Source of the DNA: Eledone cirrhosa
Lineage: Eukaryota
Reading direction: 5' to 3'
DNA length: 64,000 nucleotides
NCBI GenBank assembly: GCA_964016885.1
Contig: OZ024748.1
Span: forward strand, 14,322,001 to 14,386,000
Shown here piece after piece: positions 14,060-28,159 of the stretch. Position 1 is the stretch's first letter, and the number at the start of each line of letters is the position of its first letter. The notes under the pieces are model-generated. The model saw nothing but the letters and a program-made list of their open reading frames with translations, was not told where the DNA came from and searched no databases. A program made the position numbers and the translations under genes.

Positions 14060-16135
14060 CATACAATGAGTAGTAGTAGACTGTCTGGCAATGATCTATG
14101 ATCTAAAGTATCAATACTCGTTATTATTTCAAGCTATCTGCATTAATAATAAATATTAACATTTCACCCGTCTCACCTATATTCTGTCTTAGCATCCACC
14201 CTGTTAGTGATAGAAAGATCTACTTCTTTATATCCTAATTATATTTTTAGAAAGATTTTCTGTAATTTTTTCTGTTAATTATTTTTTTGTTTATTATCAT
14301 TGGTAGATACATAATTAATTAAGTTTTTTTCATCTCGAAGTTGGGGGTGGGTATATTTATATGGTTTTGACATAAAGTGTCCCCCGCCTAAAAAACATTG
14401 TTTTAATATATATTAGCAACAAAAATTAGTAGTTACACACTTAGTATATACTATATATGAGTGATAACGAAATAAACAAACAAACATTAATAAAAATGGC
14501 GCTTTTGTTTATCTCATTTTTTTTTCTTTTCAAAGTTGTATTTCTTTACCTTTTTGTTTCTCTCTCTCACACATATACCTTGGTTTCTATTTATATATAT
14601 ATATGTATGTATGTATATATATATCCTGTGTGTTGTAGAATTTACTTCATCATACCACTGAGAACACACAAATTACTAGAAAGTTTGTTTTACATCTGCA
14701 CAGAACCATATATGAATGCAGACTTAATCTCTTACCAGTTACATCTTGATTTCATAAAGCAATCTTTCATTTTAAAATTATGGATTCTAAATGTCTCTCT
14801 CTTCATCATTTTCTTCTTCTCTTTCATATCCTTCCCTTCTTCTTTCCCCAATTCTCACTGAAGAAATTATTTCAAATAAATTAAGTGAGCTTGTCAATGA
14901 GAGGACTTGTTTTCACTTTTGTAATTTTTCTTTAAAAAAAAACAACTTTATCCTATCTTTCTGTATAGAATGTTTTTGTAGGGATTTGGGGTTTTTTTCA
15001 GGAGGGGGGAGGAAGGGGTTAAAATTTGATATAATTTTATTAATAATAGATTTGCCTCGGAGATTTTCCTTCATGTAAGTAAAGCAATGATGTGAAAATC
15101 TCACAGATCTATCAATATTCCAATAGGCTATTTCTGATGTCCCATTTTCAAGAATTTAATGAGCCAGGTAGCCAGAACTCCATCTCAGAGAGCCTATTTA
15201 ATATGTTGATGATTCTCAGAGTACAATTCTTCATAGATACATAGTTTTAGTATTCATTTCACAAACCACTTATTATTCCAAGTGGAACAAAAAATCTTAG
15301 AAAATAGAAAAAAAACATCTTGTGTCAAATGACTGAGATTATTTTCATGCCTCTCTCTTCATCTTCGATCTTTAAAAATCTGTTATATTAAACATGAAAT
15401 CTGTCATATTGTGTTATATATTTGTCATATAATAATAAAAATTCTGTCATATTATGACATATTTGTCATATCATAGCATACAATTTTTCATATTATAATG
15501 TATTTGTTATATAACAGAAAAAAACTATTATAACATAAAAGCTGTCATTTTTAAATGTGTAACCTGTCATATTATAACATGATATCAGTTGGGTTATAAT
15601 GTTGTATCATATAATATCATATTATAACAAATATATTATATGTTGTATTATAACAACTGGTTTAATGATTGTGTTTGTCTCATTTGTAAAACAACAATGT
15701 AGAGAAGGGATTTCAGTTTGTATTAATTTCATAACATGTCTAAGTATAGACACATATATGTATGTGTATTATATATGCATATATTTGTATGTGTGTATCT
15801 GTGTAATATATATATATATAATATTATATATAATATTATATATAGATATATCAATAAGTGTATATATGTACGTATACATATATATAAATGTATATATTAT
15901 ATATATGTTGTAGATATAATATTAATATATATTTTATATATATATATATAGTCGCACATGCACAATAACACATACACCAAAAAAATGAAGAGAATAATTT
16001 CTGTTTTGTCTGCTTCCCTTTTCATGTAACCCAGTGGAGAAGTGAAGATGGCACCACTCCATCACTACATCATCACATTTTCAAGCAACAATAAACTTTC
16101 TTCTATCACTCAACAAACAATAACAACAATATCTA

Positions 16136-16208
<73 letters not shown>

Positions 16209-16789
16209 TAGGAAAAATAACAGTCTTAACATGATTTTAAAATAATAAAACAAAACAAAATAGAACAAATCTCAAATTTGTTTGAGTAGTTTGTATCAAG
16301 AATAACCATGCATGCTGTGAGAAATTCTATATCAACATCAGAATAGACTCTGAGAAATTTGTGTGTGTGGGATGATGAAATAAGCTCAGTCTTTTTTTAT
16401 CTACTTGATTTCAATTTGTGATTGATTTGGTGAGCTTCAACTTTTTTTTTTTTCTAAACCTCCAACGCTTGATTAGGTTTTTTTTCTTTTGTTTTCCTGT
16501 TTTTGGAAGTTTGTGGTACTTCATAAACATATCCAGTAATTTGTTGAGATATATGGTTTAAACTTCAGGTTTGGCTGGTCAGCGAAAAATCTTACTGAAT
16601 ATACTCAGTTAGCAGCAGCAGCAGTAGCAGCAGTAGAAGGCAGAATATTCTGGAATCTTGCCAATCTTCTATTTCAATTCAATATATTTTGGGATATTGG
16701 AGTTGTCACCTTTGTCATTGGTACAAAAAAAAAAAGTCAGACAATTTTTTGCCAGACTCTTTTATTTTTCTTCTTCAGACACATCTGCA
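12600..16789 (-). other. Putative long 3' UTR of a minus-strand gene (distal end undefined)
   Basis: About 4 kb with no recognisable SINE or MITE in an otherwise SINE-dense window; A-run then U-rich texture; directly follows the acceptor at 16876-16877. Confidence 0.35.
13090..13345. repeat. (TA)n/(CA)n compound microsatellite
   Basis: Direct reading. Confidence 0.95.
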
Positions 16790-16875
16790 TCAATACTCTC
16801 TGCTCCTATCTATGGCATATGTATCATACGTACTTGTTGCCATGGATATTGTTATCCCGTTGAAGGTTTGGTGAG
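16790..16875 (-). CDS. Putative terminal coding exon, phase unknown: LTKPSTG* (stop 16852), xHQTFNGITISMATSTYDTYAIDRSREY* (stop 16790) or xSPNLQRDNNIHGNKYV* (stop 16824)
   Basis: Strong acceptor TTTTTTGTTTTCTGCAG| on the minus strand followed by high-complexity sequence. Confidence 0.4.
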
Positions 16876-17129
16876 CTGCAGAAAACAAAAAATATATATA
16901 TATTATATAACAAATTTACATAATAGAATATTTTAAGTAAATTTAATTATATGTATATATAAAAACAAACAAAATAATTGATACATTTTGATCTGAGTTA
17001 GATCAATTCTATTATTATTCTTGGTGAGATATATGGATATGACAACTTTTCTAATATCGATATCCTGATAAAATACATGCAGTACACTCTGTAAAATGGT
17101 AGTACATGTGCCATGATAAAATTAAGAGC

Positions 17130-17350
17130 AGTGGATTGGCCAAAGTAATAACATTAGAGAAAATATCTTGTGATGTTTGTTCCAGATTGTTATGTGCTGA
17201 TTTCAGATACTATTGCGCTCAACTTTGTGCCTCATTCTTCTGTAGTTGATAAAATGAAACATCAATCAAGTGCTGGGGTTGATATAATCAACAGTCCCCT
17301 TCCCCAACGAAATCCAAGGCCTTGTGCCTATGTAAGAAATAATTATTAAT
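17130..17350 (+). mobile_element. Degenerate Nin/Deu-domain SINE
   Basis: GTGGATTGGC head and GGCCTTGTGCCTA tail. Confidence 0.55.
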
Positions 17351-18619
17351 TGAATAAGAAAAGAAAATATTTTATTACCAAGCTGGTTATTGTTTAAATA
17401 TTAAGTGTTAATAAGTATTAGAGATTTTGTTTAGAAATGTTACATGGTAGAAGACACAAGGTAGAAGGATGGGAAAACCAAAAACACTTCATGCCAGTTG
17501 TTTGTAAATAGGAAATATTTCTGTGAATCCTATAGACTGCATCACTTCCTCATACTATCTAATTAAAAAGAAACTACTTCCGCTTTTAGTCATTTCATGA
17601 CCATATTTCTATCAAAATTCACTCTATTTAAATTAATTAATGAAGACTTATGAGAGATTTACTAAAATTATTATTTTATTACTATGATTTTAATTTGGTT
17701 TACATAAAATTATGTCGGATGAATTTTATTTAGATAGGAAAATTTAAAAATGGCGCTTTTTGTTTCATAGGCCAAGAGACAGTAATAACTGCCATCAATA
17801 GGATTTATGGGTAACCATTTATTTTTTTGCATATCTGAAAAGTGACCAGTGGTTGAAGGCATTTCACTCAAAATCATCTCATCTTTGTCCTCCACGCAGA
17901 GAACACAGGACCATATTATCCAACCTGTCATTTTTCTAATACAGTATGGTATGATTTGACTGAATTTGGTTTCTATTTCTAGCACGATGAATGACCACAT
18001 AATGGCTCTTCATTTGGTGCCATGATGCATTAGAAAAATTATAAGAGCATCAGAAGAAAACGCTCTCTTTGTGAAGGGTCAATAAAATAAATGGCCACTC
18101 AAATACTGGAACCATATTAATCCCCTAAATTTCTGCCCTTGTGCCTAAATTCTAGCTGACAAATAAAAAGCACTATTATTATGATGGCATTAGATTGTAA
18201 ATATTTCATGTTTGTTAATGGAGGCGCACCAGCATGGCCCCCAACCAGTCGGCTGGAAGAGCTAAAAAAGTAAAAAGAGTTTGTTGGATTCTAAACTAGT
18301 TTTAGAATTTTTCACTAGATTCTAAAATGTTGATCACCAAGAATAATTAGAATATGAAAAATTAAAAATATGAAGTCAATTATGTTATTTCAAGAATTAA
18401 ATGTATAGTGATTTATTTTGAAAAAAATGTATCTAAATAAATTCATTAAAATTATGGAAAATTGTATTCTTTATTTTATTTTTTCAAATGAGAAAAAACT
18501 ACAATTTTTGCAATATGTCTCTAAAAGTCTGAAGTTTAATTATTTTCTAAATATAAACTCATGAAAATTTAATTATATTAAGATAAGATTTTGTAATTCA
18601 CTAAGTTAATCAATATTGG

Positions 18620-19170
18620 GCTGAATGGTAAAGAAGTTTGCTTTGGAACCAGGAGCTCCAGGTTTCAATTTCACTGCCCAGCATATTGGTGGAAATAACC
18701 TTCATCAATACCTTGGATCAAGCCAAGCTTTTATGACATACATCATCATTGTTTTTACATCGATTTGCAGGATCAATAGAGCGTCAGACACCATGCTTTG
18801 CAGCATAGACCTATGGTCCATTATGGTCTGAATGCCAATTCTGCTGAGGATAACTTTGCCTTTCATCCTTACGGGGTCAATAAAATAAAGTACCAGTGAT
18901 ACAGTGGGGTAATTGCTGGCATTGTGCCAAAAGTAGGAACAATTATTATTGGGCAGTGGGTTAGCAGAATCTATAGAGTGTTGGGCAACATGCTTCAAAG
19001 CATAGAGTTGTGGCCCTTTATGTCCTGAGTTCAAATCCTGCTGTGGTTTTGCCTTTCATCCTTACGGGATCAATAAAATAAAGTACCAGTGACACACTGG
19101 GGTCGATTTAATTGACTTTTCCCTCCCCAAAAATTGTTGGCCTTGTGCTTAAAATCAGAAACCTTTATTA
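18620..19170 (+). mobile_element. SINE cluster: one OR/CORE-like head plus two tandem Nin/Deu SINEs
   Basis: Two copies of GCCTTTCATCCTTACGGG..CAATAAAATAAAGTACCAGTG. Confidence 0.75.
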
Positions 19171-19660
19171 AGTAGAATTATTTCTAGTGAAAAATGTTCT
19201 CTCTTTAATACCATCAAGATAAATTAATGATTGGCAAATTTATTTTCAAAGCAATAAAAAATAAATATTCTTTGAAATAAAATGAATTAAAGGAAAGTGT
19301 ATAGAGATGTTTGTATATACATTTGACTTCAGTTAATTGGTAGAAACATATATATTTGATTTACATTTTTGTATATACATATGGCCATAGTTTAATTTAC
19401 TACAGTCTAATAACTGCAGTTCAATGACAGCAAGCAATAAAGAATCAAAATTCAGAAGTGTAAAATAATATATATGTATATAACAAGGATGGAAATCAAT
19501 AGATGAAGTTAAACCATTTATCAACTCCTACACATGTTTCTGTGAGTCAGCTCCCTCCTCAGCATGTTGCCTAATTTTTATGTTAAATTGCATAATCATG
19601 ATTATGACAGAGCCACTGAGAAACCCACCATTTCTTGTGAATATATATAAATATGTAAAA

Positions 19661-19714
<54 letters not shown>

Positions 19715-19906
19715 ATCTAAATTGTATACCTACCCAGCAGTGCATGTCTTATGTTCAACTGCAGTCTGTAGTAAATAAGACAAAAACTAGAATGTGAGTA
19801 CAAAGTTAACCACAGACAAATGGAATAACGGATTAACAGAATAAAGTGCTTTTAACTGCATTCCTATAAATCTGTTCTTAATGTTTCCTTACTAATACCT
19901 GTATGC

Positions 19907-20360
19907 TTAACCTTCTCGTGACAGTGTTTCTAATGACATATGCTCTATTTCATCGAATTAACGAAGGAATTTACTGAAATGATTATTTCATTATTAAGAT
20001 AGTAATGTAAAATCTGGTACTTATATGAAATTATATTGGAAGATTTTAATTTGAATATGTACACTTTAACCCTTTCTTTAATATATTTCTAATGCAAGAC
20101 ACTGCCTATGGTTTTCAAGTAATAATTTTGAAAGACTTAATAACATAACTAACTTTCCCATTCTCAAACTAGAGTTTGGAATATTACAAGGATTGTGGTA
20201 GAAAGTTTTTAGATAAATATAAACACTTTAAAACAAACAGTTTTCTATTATAAAACCAGAGCTGGTTTCAAGTAGTTTGATTACAAAAGTGTTAAATTGG
20301 GTAGTTTTGTGTCACAGAAGCAGAGTCAGGTTTCGCTAGGTTGTTATCAAAATTGTTAAT
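19907..20360 (-). mobile_element. Tandem reverse-oriented TTAA MITE copies (best copy 20066-20295)
   Basis: TTAACCCTTTC start and reverse complement of the family internal blocks. Confidence 0.6.
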
Positions 20361-20698
20361 TCTATCAAGTTTGTTGAACATTGTACAATTACAACTTCTC
20401 CTGGGATGATAAAGTAACAACAATCAGATACTAAGGCCTTACAAACCCCCCAAAACTAATAAAACTTTTCTACTGCTCCTTAGAGCTGGTCAATCTCCTG
20501 CCACTTCTACCATCAATAAATGGTCTCTGCTCCTCTTATGCCACCTATACTCAGTCTCTTTTACTACTACTACTACTACTACTACTATAATGACCTCTCC
20601 TTCTCAGAGTTGGTTGTTTTTATGCTACCTCCAATCAACACCTACTGCTACTCAGAGATAGCTCGTCTCATGCCACTCTCTTTCCAGCACTCCCAGCT

Positions 20699-20900
20699 TA
20701 TGAGGATCAACTGAAAATTTTGTAGGCTGAGTATGAAGGAGTGAAGCTAGAGCTGTGAAATCTTGCACGCATTAATTTCAACTCTCCTTATTAATAGCTG
20801 TATTGTTTCTTTCCAGGGACTATGTTGAAAAATAAACCTCATTTGGTTATTCCATGAGAATATCTTGGGCCGCCTATGAAATTTTCAGCCAACCCTCCTA
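20699..20900. mobile_element. mariner-type MITE
   Basis: TA-TGAGGATCAACTGAAAATTT ... AAATTTTCAGCCAACCCTCC-TA; homologous to 58319-58504. Confidence 0.65.
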
Positions 20901-23900
20901 CTTATCTTTCCTTTACATCACCAATGTCGTATCCAACCCACCCTCCATGCACTACACTAACCAATACATCCAGTCTCCCATATCTAGAAATTACATCCAT
21001 GTTCAATTTCCACTTTTTTTAAACTGATTTCTTTCCTAACATGTGATATTATATAGTTCTGCTACAATAAGTATGTTGCATTATATACCCTGATTGATGA
21101 TGATATCCTAACATCCCTTCTCTTAATACTTTTTATATTGATCCCGAGGAATTAAGCTCTTTGGTTTCATGCAAACAGCATCAACACTACCGAAATATAT
21201 TTTATTTTCACTTTCATAGATTGTTTTGTTGTTTGTTGTTTTTACCATTTACTGCAGAATATATTCCTCTTGTAGCTGAGTTATTTAATGATACTTCCCC
21301 TCTCAACCAATATATCTAACCCAGTCAGTGTATTGGAAGAGCAATCATGTTAGTCTACATAAAACATTTCACATTTGCCTTTCCATACACACACGCATGT
21401 ACACACAGACACAGACACACACATGCAAATTTGATTCAGTAGGAAGAGCAAAACAACCAATTCTAGGAGTTCCACAACAAATGTCTATCGCTATAGATCT
21501 CTTTCTTTCTCTTTCTCACTCTCACTCTTCTTCATAATAAAACTGTATTTCAAACTCAATATTAATTCTAGCAGACTACTAAATAAATATCCACATACTT
21601 TCTTTCTATCTCAACATTAGTCTTTTTTAATTTTGGTTTAAATTGAATAGATTCAATACATTTGTTTAGCCAATAGTTTTTGGTAGTATTAAATTCTAGT
21701 ACAATATATCTGCAAGTAGAGTCGTTTGAAATGAAATCAAACTATTCAGAGCTTAGATGTATGTGTTGCTTTCATCTCTTAATAATTTCACAACTGAATT
21801 ATAATATTGGTACTGGTATTAGTTCTCTCACTTTGAGAAATATAAAATGTTGTCTACAGTGACTCCTTTGCCAAAAGAATTCCTTATTTTATTGATCTTT
21901 AACTCATATTGGAATATAGATTATAGAGATGATATTAAATATACTGGCTTCTTTTAATATGAGACTGGCCAATGGAATTGTTATGTTTAAATGGATTTTT
22001 TATTATATATTAGTTTTCATTAGCTTCATATACTAATGTCTGTGTCAGGCATAGAATAAGTACACTGTATTCCTGCTCAACGTAAGAGGCAACAAATCAG
22101 ATTGGCACCAGGCAGGGCATCTGGCAGTAAAACATTACTGTAAAAGGGTCCACTAAATAAAAAAAATAAATAAATGAATGAATAGAAATGTACATTTCAC
22201 ATCTATGCTGGTTTAGCTGGCCTTCTATGGAATTGCATTCCATAGGTGGTTTCTGTGAGGGGTGGGGATTAATGATAGGCACTCCAGTCCTAACATAAAT
22301 GAAATGAAATTTCCAGCTCACACCTATGCAGGTTTATCTGGCCTCATACAAGACTGCATTTCATAGGAAGTGTTTTGGGGTATTTTAATGATAGAGGCTC
22401 CAGTCCTATCATGAAAAGAAATACGATATGAATTGTCATACTTGAGATCCAGTACACCTCACCCAGTACAGATATCAAACCCGTGACCTGATTATCTTAA
22501 GTTCAATAACATAACCTTTACTACCTCAAAATTAGTATGGTGAATGTCAGAGAGCCTACAAGGCTGAGCTTTTGTTAGGCATTGAAATGGATATGTATTA
22601 TCATCATGGCCCCTTAACCCACTTTGGCGTTGTTGGGACACTGCAGTGTTGAACGCTGAATCAACTGCCTCAATCTATGGTAATCACGGGTGAGTGCTTG
22701 GATTGTGACAAATTTCTTTCCCTTCCACTTAACTATGTTGTCTGGTTGTTATGCATGCTATATTTATTACACCAATTTACTGAGGATTTGATAAGATACC
22801 AATCTATCAAATCTGGTTCACATCTGATAACCAGTACTAAACTGTATCCAATGCAAAGTAATATCATTCTTGAGAGCTTCATTTGTCTTAATCTTCATTT
22901 AACATTCATTTTCTTTTCATGCTGGCAGGGTTGGGTGGGTCATAAGACAAAGTCTATTTAACCAGTGCAACTGTTTTCTCAGATGGGTTGTGAACAATGT
23001 CTTCCTTACATATATTGTGATCTTGGCGTACTTCTTACTACTGGGTGACATTCCTAAAACCAACTACTTTACAGAGTGTACTTAGTATATTCTATTGAGC
23101 CACGAGCACTAAGGAAGTTGTCATGTTTGTAACACAACTGAAGCATTCTCTCAATCTTTTGTTTGGCATGTTTTCTAACACCAACGACAAGTATTGCAGA
23201 AGCTATCTTTCTTCAGTGTATACTCACTTAATATGGTACATATTGTTATAGCTAATTGAAGTATTTAGTTCTTTATAACACAAATTATTGAAACTATTTC
23301 AGCTAATATCTAAATCTATCTCCTTGATGTATAAAATCCATTCCAATCTAACTTTAATTTACTGTCGCTTAACCAATATTTATTATCAGAAGGTTGTATT
23401 CTTTAGTTGTTTTGAATGCATTAAGAACAGAAATATATAATCTTAAAGTCCTGTTTCACATGAAATCATATTCTTGAAAAGCACAAAACAGCGCTATGAT
23501 TGTATCACATTAAAAATCAAAATCTTTACTCTAATAGTGTAAATTTGCATTGATTATTCCTCAGTTAAGACACAACTAACGTTTAGATTAATAAACCCAT
23601 TTTTAGATATTTTCTTCTAAATCATTACAGTTCCTATTTGTATATCAATCAACATCAAAAGCCTTCCATACCATAAAATTAATTTTGAAATGATTTTTAA
23701 AGCTGGAGGAAATATATTTTACACATTAATGTTGTTCAGAAATTTATCTAGTAGTAAATTTGGCTTAATATGGACATTTTTTGTAGAACCCAGATCAATT
23801 TTCCTGATTTTCTCTCTGTAGAATAATCCAAATTCTGTAAAATTTTAATTGTAGCAGTAGTTTTCATTTCAACTGATATATATTTCATTTCAACTGAGCC

Positions 23901-24759
23901 AATCTTGTTTGTATTTATGAATCAACCTTCATCAGAATTAGAGGAGATAATAAATGAAATGTAGCAATGGGGCAATTAATGACATTCAGAGTAACACTTT
24001 GTGTAATAAAGCCTTTATAATTGGAATGGCTGGATGAAGAGTGAATGGCGTTTTAAACCAGAATCATTAAGATTTCTTAAGACTAAATCTGTGTGATTTC
24101 ATGGGGAAAATAAAGTGTAGATGGAAGAATTGTTTCCTTTGTAAAAGTCAAATCCACTCTATCACATCAAATCCTTCATTTCACTTGAAGCAATGAATAA
24201 ATTTATATATATTTTATTCCACAAGCAATTATAGTCAGTTTAGTCTTGCAGACAGAAAGGAATTAAGTTACTTTACTTTATAAGATTCCCTACACTAGAA
24301 ATGGTAAATCCAGGATATTCTGGATGGTTTTGTACATTTCTTAACACAGTTCAAAAGACTAGCAGAGTTTTTGATAATGTGACACCACCATTATAATATT
24401 TGAATATAGATTTTTCTACATTCCTTGTGGGGATTCCATTCCAGTGTAGAAATAAGAAGCTAATAAAAGTCAATAAATTTAACCATTTCATAACCATAAT
24501 TCTAATGAAATAGTCATAAGAATCTCTCAGGAGAGCTAGACAGCAAGATCTTCAGAGAAGAAACTTACTCAAGCAGGTCTTTTGGCCCTTAACTTTTCTA
24601 TGTTCCTTTCAGGAATTTCATTTAAGTATAGAAATAAGAAGCTAATAAAAGTCAATAAATTTAACAATTTCTAATGAAATATATTCTATTTCAATTGAGT
24701 AATGTACAATTTTGAGGAATTATTAACATTATTATTTCATATACAGTATTATTTGATAC

Positions 24760-25130
24760 TAGGGCGTTGGATTGGCAGTATCGGTAGAGGGTCGGATGCC
24801 ATGCTTTGAGTTCAAATCCCGCCGAGGTTAACTTTGCCTTTCATCCTTACGGGGTCGATAAAATAAAGTACCAGTAATACACTGGGATAATTGCTGGCCT
24901 AGTGCCAAAAGTAGAAACAATTATTACATATACAAGGGCGGTGGATTGGCAGTATCGGTAGAGGGTCGGACGTCATGCTTTGACGCATAAAGTTATGGCC
25001 CTTGCCATTCTGAGTTCAAATCCCGCCAAGGTTAACTTTGCCTTTCATCCTTACGGGGTCGACAAAATAAAGTACCAGTAATCTACTGGGTATTGCTGGC
25101 CTTGTGCCAATAGTAGAAACAATTATTATT
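24760..25130 (+). mobile_element. Two tandem young Nin/Deu-domain SINEs (first copy internally deleted)
   Basis: A-box TGGCAGTATCGG, B-box GAGTTCAAATCC, intact core; near-identical to the 38413 and 48350 copies. Confidence 0.9.
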
Positions 25131-25944
25131 TCATATACATATACTGTTCTTATGTTGGTAGATTTTTATTCAAATAGCAGCACTTTAATGTGTGGTTTTG
25201 CTTTGTAGTGTCAGTAGTTTATTTAGCAGGGGTAGGCATCAGAAGATAGATGTTAGACAAATTTGTTACAAAGATGCTTATTATATAAATGATTATGGTG
25301 TTGGTTTAGGTTTACTGCACATTTTAGGTGCTGGACTTCAGGATAAAGGAATTGGTAAGCTGAAATTTCAAATAAATATAAGTTTTCCTTTCCTCAAGCT
25401 TATATATATATATGTGTGTGTGAAAGAATTAGTTCCAGACCGGATTACAGATGCGTTGGTGGTGGAAAAAAGCTGTTTTATCAGGAGGCTTTGCTTTGTC
25501 CAAATAAGGGCATACATTATTTATCCACTTACGAAGTACCTTTACGAAAGTATCTGGTTCGTTGAGGGAGTGGCTGTTGTGGCTGTGTTTATATGTATTT
25601 ATATGTGCAGTCAAATGTATCTATTCTGACCTATCTAGATAGATAATGGTGGAAAGGGCTGAATTTTCTATATCAAGAAATTATGTAAGGGGTAATGGGT
25701 GTGTGTGTGTGTATCATAACTTAAGGCATGCATTGTGACCTTCAGATGCCCTAAGTGTAAAGTAGGTATCAATCACATATCAAAGAATCGTACCTATTTG
25801 CATGCGGATAAACCTCATGACCCCCCCCCCCTTGCAACATAAATACACCCTCAGAAAATAACATAGGCCCTTACAGTGCATGAATAATTAAGAATTACCC
25901 ATTTTACCTATTCCTTACAAATCTATGAAATATAATCAACACCC

Positions 25945-26120
25945 AGCACACACTGTCAATGTGGTTGGCACTAGAAAGGGCATCCAGCCATAGAAAACCA
26001 GCCATAAACTCTCCAATATGAGTGAGACATGGTCATCCGACCCAACTTGCCTCTAAATGGGACAAACCCGCCTAACCCATGCTAGCATGGAAGATAGACA
26101 TTAATCAATGATGATGATGA
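25945..26120 (+). mobile_element. SINE 3' part with RTE-type tail and (GAT)n
   Basis: GAAAGGGCATCCAGCCATAGAAA...ACCCATGCTAGCATGGAA...GATGATGATGA. Confidence 0.7.
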
Positions 26121-28159
26121 CCACTAACCCAGTTGTATAATTTAACAGGGGCATCAATTATGAAACAAATATAATCGTATCTATAAGGAACATAAGAAGT
26201 AGAGTAGTAATAACAAATTTATTTTACTAAACATTATCCAATTTAGCACCAGATAATTAACCACACCTGTGTTTCTTTACACTGGACATCTTTTCTGTTA
26301 TTTTTTTTTTTATTATTTAACATTTTTATTTGTTAACTGAAATGGACAAAAGGAAACCATCTACATATTGGAAAATGGTAACCTGTATAATCATGATTCG
26401 TGCCAGGCATCAAAATTGCACAATCATTCCAGATGTTCAATACTTTTTGAACACTGTGAAAGCAATAAGACATTAAATAAAGAGCTGCAATAGAGACTGT
26501 GACGAAAGGAAGAACACAGCAGATGTTCTGATTACCTCCATACACCAGAATTTATCCACCTCCAGGAGAAAGTAATGGAAAACCCAGGCAAGGAAATGGG
26601 TACTGCTGCTTCTCTTTAACTGTGGACCTCCGCTACCACTTATACAATTGGTGTAAAGGCCAACTTCTTACAGAAAAGGCTCGAGAAAATTTCCTCATAA
26701 ACTTACCAAACATTGTAAATGCTTTTGTCTCAACCTAATTATATATATATGCTTGTGTGGGTATGTTTATATATAAAGATGAATTTTGACAGAAATAAAT
26801 GTACATAATGTATTATTTTTAAGCATAATTTTTGTCATATTTTCATTTTAAGCCAAATTTACAAACTTAAATATGAGAATTAAATCAATTTGTTTTGTAA
26901 ATGATTATTTACAATTAAAATTATTTTAAGGTTGTTCATAAACTAATTAGTTAAATATGTATTGGGTAATTATATAATTACATATATATATAATTATATT
27001 CTTAATTCTTCATAACATATGCATATAAACATTTGATTTCTCATTTGTTAATTATATTCCTAATTCTTGATAACATATGCATTTAGTTTCTCATTTGTTA
27101 ACTGAATAAATTTGTCATCACAATGAAGGTTCATTATTTATTATTTGTTTCCTGCTTATTATTCAGATGTGCACTGATAATGCTTCTCGTTTGTAGATGA
27201 GCATTAACTTTTTACATCCTGTAACACATGAAACCACATTAGCAAGCCATTCTTCAAAAACATCACATTAAAATTAACATATTTACTCTAAAGCTGCAAA
27301 TTCTCTCAATGATCTTTTCACTAGTAAAACTATTTGAATTAATACACCTGGCTTTTAGATATTATCTGGTCATGTATTACAGGATGTTTAAAGTTAAGAC
27401 TAGAAAGGTTCACAAAGAAAAAAAAACAATCAGTCAAATGGTAAAGATATTACAAATATTTGAATCAGCAAACGAATTTAGGGGATATTTTCAGTTATAT
27501 TATTACAGGATGTTTTGAGTTAATAATGCAGATTATTCTGCTTGCACTGAGCAACATGCAAATGCATGCATACATGCATATAGATGTATATATACCGTTT
27601 TCAACATAAAACTCAGAAAATATGCTGTTCTGTTATTTCTTGTGTTTAATTTTTGAATAAAATGTTTGAATAATTAATTTCAAGAGGAATTTGTTGATCA
27701 TTCTTCTCAATGTTTCTGTTCATTTAAAACTTCACTATATGTGTGTGTGTAGATCCTGAGTTAAATCAGGGGTAACCACAGTAAATAAGGTTCACAAAAT
27801 ATTAGTAGAGTATGATCATACGAATGAGACAGTTCTAGTCATATACAAGCCATCTCTATCGTAAATAATTATATATATTACCAGATAACAACAAAATACA
27901 ATAATAGTATATTAGTATAACACTTATGAGAATCTTAACATATCAGAATCTTAACATATCAGACCCCATATATATATATCTGAAACAAAACATCATGAAT
28001 ACAAAATTTCCTGAAAATTAATAAAATATATACATATCTTTGGAATATAATAATCACATCGATAATAGATGTGAACATTTCATGTCTATTGACATAGTAA
28101 TATATTATATCCCAATGTATCAATGATATTGTGTTTGTAACAGCATTCAATTGTATTAC

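Noticed and set aside
15050-15074. Possible plus-strand 25-nt exon (xLPRRFSF) with a GTAAGT donor
   Set aside because: Poor polypyrimidine tract and no coherent plus-strand exon chain
17710-18000. 96-aa minus-strand ORF
   Set aside because: No motif or convincing splice sites; may be old TE debris
24936-25030. A/B boxes suggesting a tRNA gene
   Set aside because: No cloverleaf, and it runs into a SINE core; it is a SINE head
26333-26650. GC-richer patch with a 70-aa ORF
   Set aside because: Stops in the alternative frames and no recognisable family
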